A stretch of 64,000 bases of DNA. Origin: the human T2T-CHM13v2.0 reference genome, Homo sapiens. Where the stretch lies: the NCBI RefSeq assembly GCF_009914755.1, contig NC_060935.1; one strand, given 5' to 3'. The position numbers and the translations under genes were made by a program. Positions within the stretch are counted from its first letter, which is position 1; each line of letters starts with the position of its first letter. Shown here one piece after another: positions 29,902 through 43,599 of the stretch. The notes under the pieces were generated by a model, which saw only the letters and a program-made list of their open reading frames with translations, made no database searches and was not told the DNA's origin.

Positions 29902-30831
29902 CTATGTTAGTCTAGCAGTTTTAGGGTCTAGCAATCACCAGAAATAGTGAGCAGTTTGGATTCTAATACATATGTCAAGTGTTCAATTTTGAATGAGCAT
30001 GGTATAATTTTAAGTCATAGGTAATTAAGCCATGTCCTCAGCCTATGGAAATAGATAACAATGAACATTTCAAGGAGATTTTTTGCCATTTTCAGAGACC
30101 AAAGATACACTGATGATGATTATCAAGTGAGTTGTCACATTTCAAAATTACTCACGGAAATGTTCCTAATTACCTGTCTTAGCGTGCTGCAAATAACAGC
30201 CTCTAAATTAGTAATGCTTAGCATGGTTTAACGAATAGCCTTGACATCTAATTCTCTTATAAGATGTGGATGCAACAGAAAAAAAAGAGATTTTTCATCT
30301 TAAAACAATGGCAGTCCACAGCCTTAGCACTTTGTTCACAAAGGACACACTCTTCTACCTAAGCTTCTTACATGATAAAATGATAAAATTGACTCCTCTG
30401 TGAAAGTCTATTCTAAAATGTCTTTGGAAACAACTAACATATTGATGTTCCTCATAATTCAGATTTGAGGTTTTGGCTGCAGAAAAGTTAGAAAAGAAAG
30501 TTTGCCCTGTCATTCAATTAAGAATTGCCATTCCTTTATTTTATAAGTTGGCAGATTAGCATCCTGAATATCCAACCTTGAAATAGGAAAGCAAAATGAG
30601 TAGGCCTTAGAGAGAAAGGATTTTCAGTTTAGATTACTTTTCCAGGCAAATTGTGATATAGCAGAAGAGAACAGCCTTTCTGGTCTTCTAAGCAGGGACA
30701 GTCTCACTTTCAACATTTTCTCTGTGACCTGAGCCCTGTCACCTGTCTTTTCAGACTTTAGTTTTCAAATCTCTAAAATAGGTGACAATATTATCTAGCT
30801 ACCTATCTTATTATCAGAATTAAATAACATT

Positions 30832-31153
30832 AGCCAGGTGTGGTGGCTCACACCTGTAATCCCAGTGACCTGTCAGGCTGAGGAGGGAGAATTGCTTGAG
30901 GTCAGAAGTTCAAGATTAGCCTGGGAAACAAAGTGAGACTCCATCACTACAAAAAATTTTTAAAAATTAGTCACGCATGGTGGATCTCACCTGTGGTCCC
31001 AGCAAGGCTGAGGTGGGAAAATCACTTGAGTCTAAGAGTTCAAGGCTAAAGTAAGTCATGATTGTGCCACTGCATTCCAGCCTGGGAGACAGAGGGAGGA
31101 AAAAAACCAAAAAGAAACCCCCTAAATAAAAAACAAACACCAAAATAACACAG
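30832..31153 (+). mobile_element. AluJ inserted in a MIR (MIR about 30640-31220, +)
   Basis: Degenerate J-type Alu; perfect 17-bp TSD agaattaaataacatta at 30816-30832 and 31154-31170; MIR core tgtgacctgag...tttagttttcaaatctctaaaatagg upstream. Confidence 0.88.
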
Positions 31154-31289
31154 AGAATTAAATAACATTATATGAAATAACCATACATTTTCAAGTGCTG
31201 TAATATTACTATCTCATAATTAGGTAAAAAAAATCACCAGTCATGGCTTTATATTTGTCTCATGTCTCTTCCTCAATTTCTTCTACTAA

Positions 31290-31515
31290 TGTATATTTAT
31301 TGTATTATAATACATTATATCTACTATGTTATATATGTTATATTATATATAATACATTATATCTAGTATGTTAATATGTTATATTATACATAAAATATAT
31401 TCTACCTATATTAACCATAATGTATAATATATATAATATATTGTAATATATGTTATATATTATACTAACTACATCTATTATAATATTGCACACATATACA
31501 CACACACACATAGAC
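31290..31515. repeat. (TA)-rich low-complexity tract with an internal ~41-bp tandem duplication
   Basis: tataatacattatatcta(c/g)tatgtta...atatgttatattata occurs twice within 31307-31388. Confidence 0.85.
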
Positions 31516-32569
31516 ATACTTTAAAAATCCTTTAATCAAGCATTTAATTCTAATCATGATTCTTTTACTACTTGTCTCACCTCAGGAGAAAAAAACACAG
31601 ACATACACACATAGACACACAACAAATTTAATTTTTCCAAATGTCATTTTATCATTTAAAAATATGAGATTTTGATTAAATATTTTCTAAGATTGTTCAA
31701 TGCACTAGCTTGTTTTGATTATAATTTGACCACCATCCCTGAACCTATTTTTGTCCAAATACCTAAGAATGTATTTAATTAGCAATATGGAGAAGAAAAA
31801 AATAAGATAAATATAAAGGAGAAGCTCTGAAGAAATGGCTACAGAAAGAGAGTTAGAATCCAAATTTCAAAAAAGAATGAAGCTGCAAAAGACAAACTGT
31901 TCTTGGTCTCTCCTTCATCAAGTATTTCATCAGACCTCCCTATAATTGCATTAAATAGACTATGCTTGCTTACAGCTGAATCAAGCTAATCACAAATAAA
32001 CAAGCACTTTCAGGAGGTTGCTCAAAATATGAACCTATTGCTTACAGTAAAAAAAGGCATCAAATTACTGAGAATTTAGATTGCACAGCTAGAATATTTG
32101 CAAATTGTATTTATTATTTTATTTTTCACTGTCACAATTCCCAGTTATTTAAGTTGTGCAAACTTAAATATAGGAGCTGTCATGAAAATTAGGTGCTGCA
32201 ATAAGTAAAACTAAAAACACAAAATTTTAAAACTCCCTGGAAGACACATTTTTGGTGGAAGAATCAATATCTAGCTTATGATTCTTCTTTCCACTGTTTA
32301 TTGTGATATTTGTCAGTGGGACTACATAGAAGACTACTAACAGAGACATAGCAACTCGAAGCACTGAGTTTTGCCAACCCTAAAATTTAAACAGTGCTGG
32401 GTATAATATCGTGATGTTACTACCAAGAGCCCCTGAATTAATATCAGCTGACTAATGATTCTGTGCTCCAAACCTGTATGACAAATATGGTCAACCTTGT
32501 CGGCATTTACTTTGCAATGGCAGGGATCATTTAGGGAGTTGGTTTTGTGCATTGGCAAGTACCATGTTT

Positions 32570-32820
32570 GTTTATTTTTTAAATTTTTTTCAGTAGCTTT
32601 AGGGGTACAGTTGGTTTTTGGTTACATGGATAAATTGTACAGTGGTGAAGTTTGGGATTTTAGTGCATCTGTTACCTGAGCAGTGTACATTGTACCCAAT
32701 AGTTTTATTCCTCACCTCCCTCCCATCCTTCCCCTTTCTGAGTCTCCAAGTGTTCATTGTAATACTTTGTATGCCTTTGTGTATCCATAGCTCAGCCCCC
32801 ACATACAGGTGTGAACAACA
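32570..32820 (-). mobile_element. L1PB-type 3' end fragment
   Basis: tttaggggtacagttggtttttggttacatggataaattgtacagtggtgaag is the antisense of an L1PB 3'UTR terminus. Confidence 0.85.
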
Positions 32821-33177
32821 TATTATGTATTTTTATCATCAGAATTAACTCCTTTCTTTACTCTTAACATAGATCTTGAAGCTAAGGCTATTGCTGAGTT
32901 TTACATATCTAAAATCCCTTGTAACGTGAGAGGAAGAAAAATACAAGTTTGTATAATTTCTTCTGTCTTCTTCTCCAAGACAATATTATGGAAAACAGAA
33001 AAGACTCCTAGAGCAGCAATTTGCAGTAGACCATGGAAAGCTACTGGGTGTGTTCAGGATCTATTGTGCTATGGCAAGAACATATTGAGAGCATTATTTA
33101 TATATGTATTAAATTTCAAGGTTATATGTTATTTCGAATATATTTTAGACTGTAGATATTATATTAGTGTAATCATA

Positions 33178-35849
33178 TAGTTGACCCTTGAATGTTTGAA
33201 CTGCACTGGTCTACCTATATGTGGATTTTTTTCAATAAATATATTAGAAAGTTTTTGGAGACTTGTAACAATTTGAAAAAACTTGCAGATAAACCATGTA
33301 GCCTAGAAATATTTTTTAAAATAAAAAAGGTATGTCATGAATGCATAAAATAATGTGGCTATTATTTTATCACTTACTACCATAAAATATATACAAATCT
33401 ATTATAAAAAGTTAAAATTGATCAAAACTTATGCACACATGGCACTATTTTTAGTTGAGAGAAATGTAAACAATGTAAAGATGCAGCATTAAATCATAAC
33501 TGTATAAAATTAACTGTAGTACATACTGTATTATTGTAATTGTTTTGTAGCCACCCCTTTTGCTATTGCAGTGAGCTCAAGTGTTGGGAGTAGCCACTTA
33601 AAACACCATGTGATCCTAATTATCTCCATATGAACAGTTCATCTCTCCAGGAAATTACATATTTCAGTAAAGAATGATCTCTCATGATTCTCACATATTT
33701 TTTATTGCCTTTAATACAATACTGTAAACGTTGAATAACACCAGAGATTTTATACAAAGTTGCCACTAGTGATGCTGGGAGTGCTCTCCAGAAGCAGAGA
33801 AAAGTCATGACATTACAAGAAAAAGTTGAATTGCTTGATATGTACCATAGATTGAGGTCGGCAGCTGTTGGAGACATAAGCTCCAACTGGAAGTTGGAGC
33901 TCTAAATGAGGGTTGCCTGACATTTCAAAACTAATTACTCCAGTGTAAGGACCACTGTAAAGAAAGGAAATTTCTGAAGCTGTTGCTACAGTCACACCAG
34001 CAGGTGGAAAAACCTTGTACATTTGCAAAATACCTTTTACCTCATATTAAAAATGCAGTTTTTATGTGGATGTAGGATTTCTATAAGAAAAGCATACACA
34101 TAAACTCTAATATGATTCGAGAAAAAGTGAAGTCATTATAGGACAACTTAAAATATAAGGAAGGTGAAAGATCTAAAGATGGAGAATTTAATGCCAGCAA
34201 AGGATGGTTTGATAATTTTAGATAGTGGTTTGGCTTAAAAAATATCAAGATAACAGAAGAAACAGTTTCTGCGACCCAAGAGGCAGCAGATGAGTTCCTA
34301 TATGCCATTAAGAAAATCATTGAGGAGAAAGAATATCTTCATGAACAAACTGTTAATGCAAACAAAAGTGCCCTATTCTGGGGAGAAAAAAAGCCACAAA
34401 ATATATTTATTAGTAAAGAAGAAACATGAGCAACAGATTTTAAGGCAGAGAGAAATAGCCTAACTCTACTATTTTGTGCAAATGCAATGCAGTGAGAATT
34501 ATGATCATTACTGCCCTTATGTGTAAAGCTGCTACCCTCTGAGCCTCAGAGGGAAAAGATAAATACTAGCTGCCAGTCTTTCAGTTATACAACAAGAAGG
34601 CCTGGACAATGCCAGAGAACCCTTTTTCTAAATTTATTCCATTTATGCCTTGTCCCTGAAGTCAGAACATGCCCCTGGCTATCAAGACCCTTTTGAGTTC
34701 AATGTCAAAGGCAATGAAGTGGTTTACTTGTCCTAAAACACATCTTGAATTCAGCCTCTAGAACAAGAGGTCATTAGGACTTTTAAGTCCCATTAAACAC
34801 AGTGTCTATGAAAGGGATTGTGAATGCTATGAAAGAGAATCCCAATGAAGAGAACATGATGAAAGTCTGGAACGATGATACCATTGAAGATGTCATCATT
34901 GCTATAGAAAAGCCATGAAATTTATCAAGCTTCAAACAATACATTCCTGCTGGAGAAAACCGTGTTCAGATGCACATGACTTCACAGAATTTACAACAGA
35001 GCCAGTCAAAGAAATAATAAAAAGATTGTGGATATGGCAAAAAGGTGGAATGTGGTAGGGTGAAGGGTTTCAAGATACAGATCTTGCAAAAATGCCTGAG
35101 CTAATAGACACCACAACAGAGAAATTAAGAGAAGATGACTCAATGGGAATGAGTACTTCTGCACCATCCCCAGATGATGAGGAAGAAGATGTTAAAGAAC
35201 CAGTGCAAGAAAACAATTGACATTAGACAATCTGGCAGAAGGATTCCAGTTATTCAAGACTGCTTTTGACTTCTTTCATGACATGGACTCGTCTGTGATA
35301 CAGACACTGAAATGAAAGCAAACAATGAAAGAATGATTGGTACCATATAGAAACATTTTTAGAGAAATGAAAAGGCAAAAAAGTTAGACAGAAATTATGA
35401 TGTGTTTCCATAAAGTAAAAGAGAATGTGCCAGCCTCACCTGTCTCCTTTTCCACCTCCTCTACCTCTTCCCCTTCTGCTACTCCTGAGACAGCAAATCG
35501 ACCCCCTTCTCTTCCTCCTCAGCCTACTCAACATGAAGATGAAAATGAAGACCTTTATGATGATCCATTTCCACTTAATGAATAGTTAATATATTTGTCT
35601 TCCTTATGATTTTCTTAATAACATTTTCTTTTCTCTATGTTACGTTACCATATAAATACAGTATATAATACAGATAGCATACGAACATGTGAATCAACTG
35701 CTTATGTTATTGGTAAAGCTTCAGATGAATGAAGGCTTTATTGTAGTCTATTAGTAGGTAAGTTTTAGGGGAGTCAAAAGTTATATGAAAGTTTTTGACT
35801 GTGCAGGGGAGTGGTTCCCCTAATCCTCATGTTGTTCAAGGAATAACTA
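33178..35849 (+). mobile_element. Tigger2 (pogo/TcMar DNA transposon), near full length
   Basis: Degenerate TIRs (t)agttgacccttgaa ... gttgttcaaggaataact; about 2.67 kb; TA at the left junction; internal transposase relics. Confidence 0.92.
33770..35400 (+). pseudogene. Decayed Tigger2 transposase (CENP-B/pogo family)
   Basis: Manual translation gives KQRKVMTLQEKVELLDMYHRLRSAA (~33792), GEFNASKGWFDNFR (~34181) and NANKSALFW (~34355, where the family usually has NADES); no long ORF in the track, so it is disrupted. Confidence 0.85.
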
Positions 35850-37819
35850 ATTATTAATATAATGTATAATAAAGTATACATAAATTGTGGTACATTAATT
35901 TTCTTTGTAATTATGCTGACTAATGATGAATGTTCAGGAACCAATGCTCTGCAGCAGTTCTCAGGACTGTGAATCTTTCCTAATAAATATAAAAGTAAAA
36001 TTAATAGGAATGGATTGGGAAAAACATATTTTCAATATATTTCTTGTCCTAGGTAGCTCAGAATTTATTTATGGTTTTTCTACACTTAAGATCTAGGTAA
36101 GATTAGCTGAAATATTGACTTTCCATGTTTTGTGCAAAACCTATTGCCCTTCAGACCTTTCTGAAAATTTGTGAGAGATTTTTACCCATCTGAAACGTCC
36201 TTCCATGTCCACCAAATTTTAGTAAATCCCCAACTGAAGTCACTATCTGTAGTGTCTTGCTTTTTCTATACCTTTATCAAATCAGGAATGACCCTGTTAA
36301 TTGATTTTTTAGTAGTCTTTTGTTTGCCCACACATTTCCTTCCCATTTGAATATCAACACCCTGAGAGGCAAGATAACATCTGTCTTGTGTTCCATAGCA
36401 CCCTTAGTGACTACAAGAATATTTGGTTCCTTTCATTTTACTGCAAAAGACTAGATGCCTTATCATGGATTGGCAACCTTTTCATAGAAATGGTATTTTG
36501 GTCAACATTTTTCTAGAATACAACAGAAGACTGTGGGAACAAAATGCCAACTTAAATGAGCTGCCAATTATTATATTATGAAATGTAGTTAAATTATAGT
36601 GTGTATCATAAATAATTTATTATTAGTAAAAGCAAAAATTCATGAGTGATATTTTAAGGTATAAATTAGAGTTGATTAAATATATATATTTCTAATTTGC
36701 ATATGAATATCCTTAACTGAGGGTGGAAAAATGATGGTTTTAAGTTAGGATTCCATAACCTCTGAACATTCTTTCATATGCCAATGCAGTCTACATGAGA
36801 GCACTATTTTCACTGTGTCTAATAGAAAAAGAATGTATAGTAATCACTATATCGAAGCACTTGCCCACAATAGTAAATACTGTAAATTGCTTTGCTTTAA
36901 AATGTGCTAAGATATTATTCCATTTGTGCTGACAGTAGGCTCAATCCTCGGGAAATTGTTTAACCAAATTAATCTAATATGGATAACTATTATAACTAAC
37001 ATTTTTGTAGTGAGATATTTTACGTAATAAACAGAAAAAATACAACAAAATAAGCTTAAACATGCTCCACAATAGAAACAAAAACCCATAAAATACATAG
37101 AAATGGTCTGTAAGAAATAAGCAGAATATACATGATAAAGAATTGTTTTCTAATCTACAGAATGACCTATACAATTAGATAAATTAAGAGATTCTTTTTT
37201 TCTCAACCTCTTTCTCTCAGTTGACAACCCAACACACTTCAATGTAATACCAGACAAACTGCGATTGTGAATCTACTGTGTAGCCAAAAAAGTAAAAAGT
37301 ATATTATACAAATGTTTTTATCTTAAAACCTTTTTAAAATACTAAAACATTTCATATATTTGTGTTTAGACATGACATATATCTTATGTACAATAAAATA
37401 CTTTAAGATACATGGCAAAAGCTTAAAATATGTTTTATGAAGTCCCATAAATCAACAGAAAAATTATATAAACCCCTCAATAGAACATTAACAAAAGGAA
37501 TAATACTTTTTAGCAGATATGCAAATGATCAATGCATTTATTAAATGTGGTTGCCCTCATTAATTAAGTATTGCAGATTTAAACAACAACATAATAGACT
37601 TAAAAAGCCAAGATTAGATTTACAATACTCTATATAGGAAATTATTCTGGTAAATAATCGCTCTCACACTTTGCTGACAGCAGTGTAAATCTGGCCATTT
37701 TTACATTTTACTTCTTCCTGTAATACATAAATAGGTGTGCCTACCAGTGATAAAATTCCACTTAAAGAAATTTATTCCAAAGAAATAATTAGACAAATTT
37801 GCAAAGATTTCATAAAATG

Positions 37820-38010
37820 ATAATAATGGCTAAAATTTCTTGATCTTACTATATATAAATTATCTAATTTAATCATTAAAAACTCTGGGCGATGTATATC
37901 TATGTTATCCCAGTTTTATAACTGAGGAATCTAAAAATGATAGAAGTTCAGTAACTTTCTCAATCTAACAATAATTGTGACATTTAAATCAGGCTGTCTA
38001 TATCCTTATC
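37820..38010 (-). mobile_element. MIR, flanked by L1ME-like relics (about 37430-37820 and 38820-39200)
   Basis: tatcccagttttataactgaggaatctaa...aagttcagtaactttctcaa. Confidence 0.7.
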
Positions 38011-38040
38011 AGGTCATTAAAACCAGGTAATTTTAATGAA

Positions 38041-38815
38041 TATAGTTAACTGGCTTTTAGCCTCCATTCCACCCTTCTTCTGGGACTTTCTGTGCTGTGG
38101 AATCAGAGAAGCCTACTGTCTGTACTGTGGAATCAGAGAGTCTATAATTTTATAGATTATAGACTGCCTTGAAGCTAGGATTACGGGTATGATGGGTTCA
38201 TCTAAGCAGGTGCAGTACCATGACATTTGGAAAACAGGAGTGATCTGGAGACTATGTAATACATATTAGCTCCTTCCATGTTCTGCTGGCAACTACAGTG
38301 TAGGAGCATTCGGTTTCTAGTGGCAGCATCCCAAGCACCAATCACTAGTCTCGTGGATGCTGAGAGGCAAGCCCCATGGCCTGTCATTGACAGTGTACAT
38401 CTTACTGTGTGGCAAAGCTCTGGGTACACCGTTCCTGGCTCAGCAGCTTCCTGATACTTAGATGACAGCTTGGCAAAATTTTCTCGGGACACACAAGTGA
38501 GGAGGCAGAAGCACCGTCTTGACTCTGCAGATCATAGCCGAAGTTTTCTAGTTCTCGGGAAAAAATTTCAGTGGGGGCTGCTTCCTGACATATGGATCAC
38601 AAATAAGGCACTGTCCTCTTGGAATTAACAGACACAAGGACTGCTTCCTGATAGCCAGACTTACAGATTGAGAGAAAAATAGCTATTCTCCTAATGGGCC
38701 TATTCCCTGATATTGTCTCAAAATTATTTCTGCAGGATCAGTCTAGAACTCACTTCTACAGCCATGTTAACAATTTTGATAAAAGCCTAGAGCTTTCTCT
38801 TTTCTGAAATTAATC
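38041..38815 (+). mobile_element. Old ERVL-class LTR (LTR41/LTR33-like), tentative
   Basis: Locally GC-richer block; cctccattccacccttc start, repeated gcttcctga motifs, ttgataaaa near the end. Confidence 0.45.
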
Positions 38816-41081
38816 ACTGGCTATACAGCTAGCCTGGAACATGCATTGAGTTTAATTGTAATGTTTAATAATTTAAATCATTAAGTTTATGTAATGGGGA
38901 ATCAGATATACAGATATATTTCTGTACAATGGAATGTAATGCAGTAATTGAAATTAAAGTCTATTAACATGAAAATATATCTAGAACATAGTATTGAGTT
39001 TTTAAAACACAAACTATAAAATAGTGGCCATTTATGTATGTTTGTATGTTTAGAAAACTATGGCAGGATACATAATAAAATATGAATAATTATCTTTCAG
39101 TATTACTATATGGAGTAATTCTCACTACCTTCTTTCAAGTTTTTTTAGATTGCTCTAATGTGAATTTTTAATGAGTACAAGTGCTTTAATAATAATAACA
39201 AAAATGAAAGCTAGTTTCATTTTGGGTGAAAAAAAGAGACGATGTCATTATCCTATCTTGGGTGTGTAGAATAGCTTACTCTCACTGTTCTTCTTTCATT
39301 ATCTCTAATCTTTTTATATATAACTTTATAATAGTTTAATTGTGCAAGCCATACTCAATTCTTTTAAAAGAATATGAGGTTTTAAAAGCCAGGATTAAAA
39401 CTGAATACTCATTATATACTTGTTTGCAAACTACCTCTTAACGTGTGGCATCTGCTTGTCTTAGTATATTCACTCTGCATAGCAATCTTGCCAAGACATT
39501 CCACATACATTGAATGTAGAATGCCTTTTTACTTAATTGCATAATTACGTGTTCTTGGTATCAAAGTTAGAGTTCAGAGAAGTTTATGAACTTTCAACAC
39601 TCCCTCCTCCAATTCTTCCATGTGTCTAATATAATCATTTTTTTCCTCTTCTTTACCTACACATTAAGCTCTGGGAAATAAATGTGAAAAACCAAAGCCC
39701 TATAATCCGAGCAGAGATAAGGAGAAATTGCACACTTGCTGACACGTGAAAATTTCAAGGTTTGGTTGGCATTGCTTATTGATCATGGAAATCATAGCTT
39801 CAAATAGAGATATAATTTGTTTCTAGGGCCTGCAGTAGCTGACAGTATAGAAAGGCAATGATGCTCACTTTTTGCAAATATTCCTTTCCATGTTTACCAC
39901 TACCAAGACTATCAAAATTTTGGGGTTCTTGTCTGAGCTAATAAGAATCAAGGGGAAGCTATAGACACTTAACTTTAGCTCTCACATGTATATATTTTAA
40001 CCTTTAACCAAGTAACACTAATTCTCAAATTCGTGATTTGGTTTAGTTGTCCTACATTGTATCCATTAGTCCAACTTCCCACTCTCACTTTCTATTATAA
40101 TAAAAATCCCAAATCAGTGTTTTAGCTCAGTCAGGTAGGATTGCAAAAATATCTGTCTTATGGTATTACCATAAATAGTTAGAACCATTAACTGCTTAAG
40201 ATATTTCTTCTCCCAAGGAAATATTTCTCAGATTTTTTGAGCTACTAATTCTGTCTCAGACACCCTTTGTCTATTTTTTGAAGCTCTTTAAAATATAGCA
40301 GTTATAACCTTTAACTTTATTTGTCTTGTTTATATCCATCACTGATCTGCACACTCCTTGAGTTCAAGGAACATCTTTATGAATCTTTATAGTCCTCACT
40401 TTTTATCATTTCCTGGCCAGTAGTTCCTGAAAGTGCATCCGCATTTTAAAAGATTATTTTAACTAAAAAAATGGAATATCACCTGTGTTCTTGTGGTAGC
40501 TAATGGTGAAACGTTGGAAGAAAAAGGGATAGGTAAAAATAGTGATTGTTTGTATTAAATGCCTACTTAATACCTAACATTTTCAAATCTCATATTGTAC
40601 AAAAACAAGTAAAAGACTGGCTGGCTTACAGCTAAATGAAGTCTTTTAGTTCACATTGTTTGTATGTCCTTCAGAAAGATTATGCAAACATTAGAGAATG
40701 ATGAGAAAGTAGAGAATATTCAGAAGTAGGTAAAATTGAAGGATAAACCTTTTCCTCATTTTCCTTGTCCCTTATATCTTGGATACATTCTTCCATACTG
40801 TCTCAAGCCATCCGAGAATTTGTTCAAGGAATTTAACTCACCCCATGTAGGTATTAGTGTGGCAGATGCTACAACCTGCAATTCTACAATGTCTAGTAGA
40901 ATCTTTTAAATCAAAATGCAGCCAATAATTCTAAGAATGACACATATCTGGTAAAATAGGGAAATCATTCATATATATATATATATATTAACATTTAACA
41001 TATATATATTAACATATATGTATATAAGTACATCTCTCTTGCATGAAAAGAAATCCAGTAAGTATAAGCAGAAGTAATTGA

Positions 41082-41446
<365 letters not shown>

Positions 41447-41655
41447 TGACTTCAAAGACAGTCTGGATGGCTATGTGTCTAGCAGGTATTTTGTACCATA
41501 AGTTGAACTTCAATATGAAAAATGTACACAAAGCCTTCTATAACAGAAAGATACAAGGAAGCTTTGACTCTTTTGAGCCATCGTAGAAGCACTGGACGTA
41601 TTGTGGAGGTAGAAAAAACAATAAAACCTTTTATTGTTAAAATGTGTTCAGACTT

Positions 41656-41684
41656 TATTTATTTATTTATTTATTTATTTATTT
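41656..41684. repeat. (TTTA)n
   Basis: Direct reading. Confidence 0.95.
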
Positions 41685-43599
41685 CAGTGTTGTGGTCTCG
41701 CAGTCAAACACAGAGCCTAACTGATAAGAGTTCTGACTTCTCTTTTCCTTGTCTATCTTTATTGGAAGCTGAATTTAGCTAGTCCCTGTCATCTGAATTT
41801 TAAAGCTACCACATATTTAAGTACTACTGAATCTTCCTATATTTTACTCATTTTATTCTTACGCTTCATCTTTTTCATTTTTTTCCTACCATTACCCAAC
41901 TTTGTAATAATTTTTGAATCAATTCTGAGTTTTCTACATTCCTTCAATGCAATTGTAATCGTAATGGTAATGTGCCAAACTATTCTATTGAAATTTTTAT
42001 TACTTGGTGCCATTTGCTTAAATTTTGTTTTAAAGAATAATGATAAACTGTCCAATAGAAAAAGAGAATAATTTCTCTTGAACTTAACTTTCTGTCTCTT
42101 TTTTTTTCCCAAGTAAAACAAAGTTTTTATTCCTATAGAGATGTTCATTCAAAGGCCTCCAAATATCAAATTTTAATTAAGACAACATTGAAAACCTCAA
42201 TTCACCATCCCATTAATCGATGCATAGCATTGTAAAAGGATTTGCCCAGGGTTATAAAACTTAGCCTCAACTATTGGCTCCATACTAATACACAGGCAAC
42301 AGCAAAGTCCACAATTCCACATTCTGTGTGAATGCTAAAAGCTTTGTTTTCACCAGTCACTTCTTAGCTAGTATTTAACTCATCACTTTGAAAACCACTT
42401 TGATAAGCAGATACCTTAAGCACTGAGGGAGCTGTTAAAAAAAAAAGCCTAAATTTCTGTTTCAGCTTTTTAAAATTCCATTACAGAACAGTTACTGAAA
42501 CGGAAAATATATCAGCTGCTTATATAGAAATTTTCTTAGAGAAAGAGGGGAATAAAATCATGTTTTTCATTTAGATTACTCAGAGAAATACATCCTCTTA
42601 GGGAAAGGCAGGGGAGAAAAAAAAAAAAGCTAGTGTTGTGGCTATCTGAGCATTCAGATAGCTTTTATTTAATACCCCAGACTTTTATTTAATACCCTCT
42701 GTAAATCTTAGTAAGAGATTAAGTACACGCCAAACCCATTTATATGGTTATGGTTATGGTTAAGTAGATTTTAAGACATTAAACTGAGATAGGAAAGTCT
42801 CAGGAAGCTGTCTTTATACACACAAGAAATACACATTTTCTATGCACTCACAACAGAAGTTCATGTGCTCACACATTTTAAGAGTTTATCAAAGAGATGT
42901 ATCTATTTTTTTCTATGTAAACACATCTCAATTTAAATTACCTAAATTTGATTTCATTTTCAGTTTTTCATTTACTGTGGTATGTTTACAAATAAGAAGT
43001 AAATTAATTTCCACTGTTGCCTTCCACGTATGGCCTGTTAGCAAATACATTTGGCTGGTCTATTGATAAAGAAACCAAAATGAAAGCTTACATGTTTTTA
43101 CCTAAGTTTCTACAGCAATGTGTCAGAAAAACCTACCATATACAGCCTGAAATTCCCAGACCTTTGACATTATGTAGGTCTAAATACAACTTTTTTCCAG
43201 ATGTCTTAATCACATTCATGGACACCAAGTGTCCTTTAATCCTGATGATGGATGGCGAAGGCTGATATTTGCTTGATGTCACATGTTGCTTATGTTAGCC
43301 CATGAATTTAGAGACAACACCTCCTCAAACTACTTGAGGATGGAAAAATACCTGCTACCTATTAGTAGCTGATACTGCAAGTTCTAAGAACATTCATCCA
43401 TTCATTCATTTTTTCAAAATGTGAATTTCAAACTTCTTTTATTTGCCAATTCCTATTCAATATTCTGGGCATACATACATGAAAGATGTCTCCAAATTCA
43501 ACCTCTCAGAGAGCTCCTTCCAGCTTAAAAATTATATTACTGTACTGTAATTATTCTACCTAAAGTATTGGTCTCACTGCCTTTCTTAGAATAAATTTG

